This document shows, piece by piece, positions 58,000 through 64,000 of a stretch of DNA of 64,000 nt; the stretch's first letter is position 1; every line of letters starts with the position of its first letter. Source of the DNA: Cyanophora paradoxa CCMP329. Taxonomy: Eukaryota; Plantae; Glaucophyta. Location: the NCBI GenBank assembly GCA_004431415.1, contig QPMI01000626.1, positions 124,001 through 188,000 on the forward strand. Reading direction: 5' to 3'. A program made the translations under genes and the position numbers. The notes beneath the pieces were generated by a model that saw nothing but the letters and a program-made list of their open reading frames with translations, was not told where the DNA came from and made no database searches.

Positions 58000-60900
58000 G
58001 GAGTTCCGCCGTTCACAGGTCTCCAAATAGAAGGGCGTGGCCGTGACGCGTGGGGGTACTCGTAGAGGGGGCGGGAACGGGTACGGGTGCCTTGGGGGCG
58101 AGTTTTTTGAACCTCCCCAGACTCCAGGCGATGCTGCTGCTGGATGGCGGGGCTGGGACGGGAGGTAGGGCCCCAAAGCCATCCGCTGGTGCCCCGGGGG
58201 CGGGGGCGGGAAGGATGGGCCGGGACGGCCGCCTCGCGTTGCGAACTGGCCCGCGGGGGACGGAGGCGGGGGCGGGGGCGGGGGCGGGGGCGGGGGCGGG
58301 GGCGGGGGCGGCGGGGGGCTGAGCTCCACGGGGGGCGGGGGGCCAAGGCAGGGTAGGGGGGGAAGGAGCCGCAGGAGACCGCTGAACTGCCCTCTGCTGG
58401 GCGGCGCGGTCGAGCGGAGGCGGCCCCGGGCCTAGTGAAACGGAAACCCCCGCAGGTTTGAATCTCGCCCGCTCCTCTTTTAAAGACAGATCCCACTCCT
58501 CTGCGGTTACGCCGGTTAGGGCAGAGCCGAGGCCGAGCAAGCCGGAATGCGGGTACCCCTCAGCTGGTTGATGATGAGCCCGAGGGGTACCCTGCAAAAG
58601 GAGAAGGTCGGACTGAATCTATGCGCGCAGGTTCGGGCTGGGCCGGGGATGCCGGCGTGGCTAAGCTGACCCGGGCTGGGATCTGATTGCCTCCCCGAGC
58701 CGCGCATTCAGAAAGGGGGAAAATCTGCGCCCCGCATCGGAAGGGGCGGATAGGGGGGGTACTCCCCAAAAATCCATGCGAGGGGCGGACCCGGCGGGTC
58801 TCTGGAGGCTGGAGGAGGGTCCGGGGGCGCTCTCCGGGGGGGTACAGGCGCGGAAGGGCACCCTCGCCTCGTCCTCAGGCAGGGCATCCGAGCAGCGCCG
58901 CGCCCGCGCCTTCGAGCGGGAGAGAGGCTGTTAGGGGGTACAGTGATTCGCGCTAGGTACCGTGGACCTTTTTGGAGGAGCTCCTGGGACCCTCCGCGTA
59001 GGCCGGGGGCGGGGCGTCGACGATGGCGAGAGGGGGTACGGGCGGCGTCGGGGTCGTGCGGTCCATCCCCCCCGCAGCCCGCATCCTGTACCCCTCCTTG
59101 GCTTCCTCCTTCAGCGCCCGCCAGCTCTCTATCGGAATAGGAATACGGGGGGTAGGCAGTGAGCGGGGGTAGCCAATCGTTTGGGGCGGACGTGGGCAGG
59201 GGAAGATAAAGGAAAAAAATGCAAGCAGCCCGGAAAATGGTGGTGACGAAGCTGAGGGGTGTCCTGCGGAGTCGAAGCAGCCTTCAGCTGCAGAAGAAAG
59301 GGAGAAGGGAGAGGGGGGAAGAAAGCGACGGCGGCGGCTGGCCATGGCTCAAATGATCAGCGCAGCGATTCGCACCCGGGGAATGAGCTCGCCGCGCGGG
59401 GTAAAGCCTCGTTCAGGTGTGCGGAGAAGCTGCGGGGGCGGCGTGAGGGCGGGTCAAGGCGGGGAGGGGGGTACATCATCGAAGTCGGACCCGCTCGCGT
59501 CGTCGCCCTGCGGCTGCGGCCCGATGTCTATGTCGGCCTCCGGGGGGTACGTGCGCTCCGGATTGGAGGGGTTGCCCGCCGGGCATGGGGCGGGCGGCGC
59601 CGGCGACGGCGGCGCGGGCCGGGGCCCCTCCTCAAGGGGGGGCGGCCATCCGGCCTCCCGATTGGGCCAGAGGGGTACGGGGACGTCGGGCGGGGCCGCG
59701 GGCTGCTGCCGCTGACCGCGGTGCCCGGCCGCGGCGTCGGGCCAAGTTTGCTGGGCGAGTCCGTCGGGTCCGAGTAGGCCGGCGGTGGGGTAGGGCCCGC
59801 CCGCCCCCCCCTCGCCCCCCTCTCCTCCTCGCGCCCCGCCGCGGCCGCCTACGGACTCTGCGAGCAACATCGACTCCAGTCGCATGGACAGCTCCAGAGA
59901 GGCTCGGCACGCCTCCGCGGACTGCCAGATCAAATTCAAGATCAAAATAAGGCTTTAATGGCGGGGAGAAAAGGGGGGTACCCGGCTGAGGACGGCCGGG
60001 TTGGTGCGCTCCTGCAACCCCCTCGCCTCGGCCCGGAACACCTGAAGAGGGAACGAGGAGCCGTACCCGTCAGAGCGCGACAAGTGCGATCGCCCTCCGG
60101 GCGACTCGGGCCGGCCAAGGGTACAGCCTAATATGAGGTCGCCCACCTGTCCGTCGGCTGGAGTCGGGGCTGCGGGGGGTAGCTGCAACCCAGGACGCGC
60201 CCCCGTCCAGGGACCACGGAGCCTCGCTTGCCCGCCGCTGCGCCCGATTCGAGGAGGGGAAGAGGGGGGTGGAGTGGGGGTACGTGCCTCGAGGTCGGTG
60301 CCGACGAGGTCGAAGAAAAGCTCCGTGGCTTTCGGAGCTTCCCCCGTCTCCGGAGAGGGTACAGCGGCCCCACCCGGCGCAGCGCGCCGCGGGGGCGCAA
60401 ACGAGTGAAGGACGAAGGGGGGGGAACGGTCCCCCGTCCCTGCCCCGGCAGCGGGGGCAAGCCCCCGGGAAAGAGAAAGGCCCCGGCCGCTCCAGTGGAG
60501 GGGTACCCCCGCACTCCCTGACGCGGACGGCAGGGAGCGCTGGAGCCGAATCTCGGCGCAGCCGTCGCTGCCAAACTCCTGCGGGCGAAAACGCGAAGCG
60601 GTCAGCGCAAGAAACGAGCGAGGGCAGAAAGCGTCGGGCTAGGTATAATAAAGAGCAAGGTAGGGGGCGCAGAAGCTGCGAGCGTGCCTTCAAGACGATG
60701 CGGCGGACTCGCAGGATGTACTTCGCAACCACTCGGCAGAAAATCAACCTCACGACTGCGGCGAAAAAGGGGGGTAGAGGGGCGTGAGAGGGGGAGTCAG
60801 GGAGCGGGGGTACTGGCCCGCCTTAGACGGGGAGGAATGAGAATATGGAGGAGGCCTTCTCGAGGGCAATGTAGGTGAACCTGGAGGGTACAGCGCCGCG

Positions 60901-62200
60901 CTCAGGCGTGACTCAGGTGGTTGTTCAGTGACTCGGGCGGGGGGGGGGGGGGGGGGGGGTAAGGGGGTTGCCTCACCGGCAGCCGCGGGGGGTAGCGGCA
61001 ACGTGCCACACGGAGAGGGCCCGCATCTTTTCCCGGTAGCGCCGAGGAGTCCTGCGCATGCCGGGGGTACCGTTACATTACGAACGTTCATTGCCGGGAG
61101 CGGAAGCTGCGAAGGGGTAAGGTCGCGGACCAGGCGTCCCCCTCCCACTCGACGGGTACCCGAATTGCGAACGCGGACCCGTCAGGAAGCCTGCGGTCGG
61201 TGTTCAGAAGGGGGGCGGGGGGGGAGGGAGAACAGGTGCGAGGGGTACGAGGGACTCGCGGGCCTTCGGGTCGCACGCAGCATACAGCTCTCAAGAACAT
61301 AGCCTGTAGGGGGGGTCAGGGGGTGGGGGTGGAGAGGGGGAGAGGGGGAGGGGGGGCGAATGGCGGTCGGGGGCTTCGAGGCAGGAAAGTGGGGGTGGGG
61401 GCGGGTTGGGGGTACCGAAGTAGTTCGCCTGGTCCTCGTAGACGGAGACGGCGCCAATGTTATCGGGGTTCTGACGGCTCAGATCGGCTCGGATTGAATT
61501 TGACCGAGCGCGCAGCGAAGCCCGCCCCCTCGCGCGGACCTTGGAAGGTGCTCGCTCCAGCTCAGCCACCAGAGTCTCTCGAAGAATGAACTCGTTAAAA
61601 TCCTGCCGGGGCCCTCCGCTGATTAGTGAGGCCAGCGGGAGCGGCACCTGGCGCGGAGCGGGAGGGGACCTTGGTGCGGGAGCGGCCGAGGATGGCGGAC
61701 GTGGCGAACGCGGCCGGCATGCCTTCGAACTCGGTCACGACGCGGAATGCCGTGAAAGGCGACTGCCGATCGCTGCCGCGCGCGTCGACGTCAGGACTCA
61801 GGAGGATTCAAAGCATGCGCTCTGCGCATGCCGCTCGCGCGCGGCTCGCGCAGGTGCTCACTTGGTCTCGACTCGGAGACTCATCTCCGGCGAGCCGCCG
61901 ACCCCGGGGCCGTGCTCCATAGAGACGCTGTAGCCTTCCTGCCTCGTCAACTCAAGCGCTCCGGAGAGAATCTGCGCGCACGCGCCTCATATCTCGAGCT
62001 AGAGAAGATGACGTCCAGCCCGGTCAAGCGCGCGCTCGTAGCTATATGCTATAGGCTAGCTGTAGCGGGGGCCCGGGGCAAGGCGCGCCTGTTCGACCAA
62101 CGCCACGTCGTATGCGAGCCGTTCCTTCACGGCATCCCGCTCGAGCTCGCAGCTGTTGTTGAGACCACTCCGTCGCTGCTTCTTTCTCAGCTGCAGTGAT
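58000..62200 (-). CDS. Probable hypothetical multi-exon gene(s); structure unresolved
   Basis: Protein-like exons (ILNLIWQSAEACRASLELSMRLESMLLAES; QDFNEFILRETLVAELERAPSK; NPDNIGAVSVYEDQANYF) lie between C-rich intron-like gaps. Confidence 0.35.
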
Positions 62201-62536
62201 TTGCCCAGCGGTTATTCGTAGCCTGCTGCTTGTTGGATAGCTTGCGGCTACGTATACGGCTCCATTTGCAATGCGCCGGCGTCCAGCGCTGACGGCTTGT
62301 ACCCGGATGCAGGATTCCCTCGTACCCCGGCAGTGCTCGAACTTCTCCAGAGCACGGCCCGGCGGTCGCGATCGCGATCGCAGTCTAGATCTGGACCGCA
62401 ACTTGTGCCGGTGATCGACGCATTCGAATTCCGAGGCCGCCCAGCTGCAGCTGCGCATGCATGTATGTGTGTGCTCCTATATATTAGGCCTAGGGGTACA
62501 CCACCTATGTACACCTAACAGGTTTAAATTTAAAGT

Positions 62537-63620
62537 CTACCCTCTCAGCACTAAATCTCGCTGGTCGAGATCAAGACACCTACGGCATGAAGACACGTAG
62601 GTGGCGCCATCTACCGCCATATGCATGACGTACAGTAGACGAGGAGAGACTGAAACCGAGGAGCTGAGTAAACCCCAGCTGCAGAGCTCATGATCAGTGA
62701 CTACCAGAAGCATCCGACTAGCCAAGAGACGGCGAAAGAGCTGATCTACCCGGGCGGGGACGGGGTCTCCTCCGCCTGGAGGGCCGCAAGAAACAATTGC
62801 AAAAAATTGGGCCCTCTCTTCCGGGGAGAGGCCCGCCTCCTCCATCGCCAGCGCCATTTCATCCGCCTCCTCTGTAATCGCTCGCCGCTTCGTGAGGGCG
62901 GCCGAAGGGGAGCCGTCCTCGGGGGGCCCAGGTTCCCTGGCCCGAGTCCCCTTCGGTTTGTTGGCCGTGGTCTTGTGCCGTGCCGGCGATGCCTTCGCCG
63001 CCTTTGACGCCGTCCCCGACCCAGCCGGCCCCGTCCGATGGTCGTCGCCACCGCTGCCGACGTCGACGGCATCGCCGCCGTCACCACCACCGCCGCGCCG
63101 CCGCCGCCGCCTCCGCCGCCGCCGCCGCCGCTGCATGCGCAGGGGTCGTCTCCACCGCCCTCAACGCCGGGTGCCGGCTCGGCGCCGGCGCCTTCTGCAC
63201 TATCGCTCGGGAGCCCACCTCCGCCTCCAGCGGCCGTGAGGCCGCGGGAGGGGGGGTACCCGGTGGCGCCTCGCCGAGCGCTTCGCTCCTAGGCCTGAGC
63301 ACTCTCTTGAAGTGTGTCCGAAACGCTCACACCCGAAGCACTGAATCGGTCTCTTCGGGCGCGCGTTGTGGCAGGTCCCAAAGTGAAGAGCCCCGTCCGC
63401 CTCCGACAAAGAATCTAGAAGGGCCGGGTCGATTGCGCTCATCTCCACCGACTGCGGAAAGCGTCGCTCCAGCTCCTCGTCTGACAGTCGACGCGAAAGA
63501 TAAAAGGTATGAACGCCGTTCGGGATCTCCGGCGTTTGGCGGGAGGATCGCGCGTGCCCAGACACCACCTTTGCCGCCGAGCCTTGTAGGGCTCGTGCGA
63601 TCCAGCCTTCTAAATTAGCA
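62537..63620 (-). mobile_element. Gag/ORF1-like retroelement fragment with CCHC zinc knuckle
   Basis: CFGCERFGHTSREC fits CX2CX4HX4C (ORF 63200-63652). The region is intronless and continues in another frame (ORF 62537-63136). No ORF2 follows. Confidence 0.55.
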
Positions 63621-64000
63621 CGGCGCATGCATGTATGCATGCGCACGCGCATGTGTACTAGTCGAGTACGAGTACTGTACTAGGCGCATACGAGTAGTAT
63701 ACGTATAGTCGAGTACTACTCCTGCTCCCACTTCTCCAGAGTACGCGTATACGTACTACGGTACGAGTCCGATCGCGAAGTCCGGTCGCGGTCGCGATCG
63801 CAGTCTAGCTCTAGATCGACGCATTCAATATGATTCGAATTCCGAGGCCGCCCAGGCTGCGGCCCATGGCCAGCTGCAGCTGCGCATGCATGTATGCATG
63901 CGCATGTGTACATGTGGCGTACCAACTTTACTACCAAGGAGGTTCGCGTCCGGGTACAAATGCACATTAAGCCTAGCTCTGGAACTGGATAAGCCGGCGC

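Noticed and set aside
58262-58320. (GGGGCG)n and other G/C runs as functional G-quadruplexes
   Set aside because: Such runs are ubiquitous here and often encode Pro/Ala repeats or lie in introns; no specific evidence.
1-64000. Hundreds of Arg/Pro/Ala/Gly-rich ORFs in the track, including plus-strand ORFs antisense to the LINE
   Set aside because: Expected from high GC and stop-codon scarcity; they carry no motifs and overlap better-supported spliced genes.

Overview
GC-rich, intron-dense nuclear DNA of a photosynthetic eukaryote. A nucleus-encoded PAM68 with an 'MAF' transit peptide suggests a glaucophyte such as Cyanophora, or a red-lineage alga (inference). The left half is a nested mobile-element block. 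It holds a ~10 kb minus-strand non-LTR retrotransposon (6124-~16070) encoding APE endonuclease, RT, RNase H and a CCHC knuckle, followed by an unexpected C-terminal Ulp1/SENP-type (SUMO) cysteine protease and a small Cys/His motif, and ending in AATAAA plus poly(A). It also holds a 12.6 kb LTR element (16963-29519) with apparently identical 282-bp LTRs, a CAAGT target-site duplication and no recognisable gag/pol, inserted into an intron-containing ORF. A 390-bp direct repeat brackets the whole block. The right half holds host genes: an F-box gene head-to-head with a class III adenylyl cyclase whose catalytic domain is split by ~5.4 kb, PAM68, a TPR protein, an ethanolamine/choline kinase, several hypothetical multi-exon genes and a gag-like CCHC ORF. 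Several introns use GC donors. Most short ORFs in the track are GC-content noise, and all exon structures were derived by eye.
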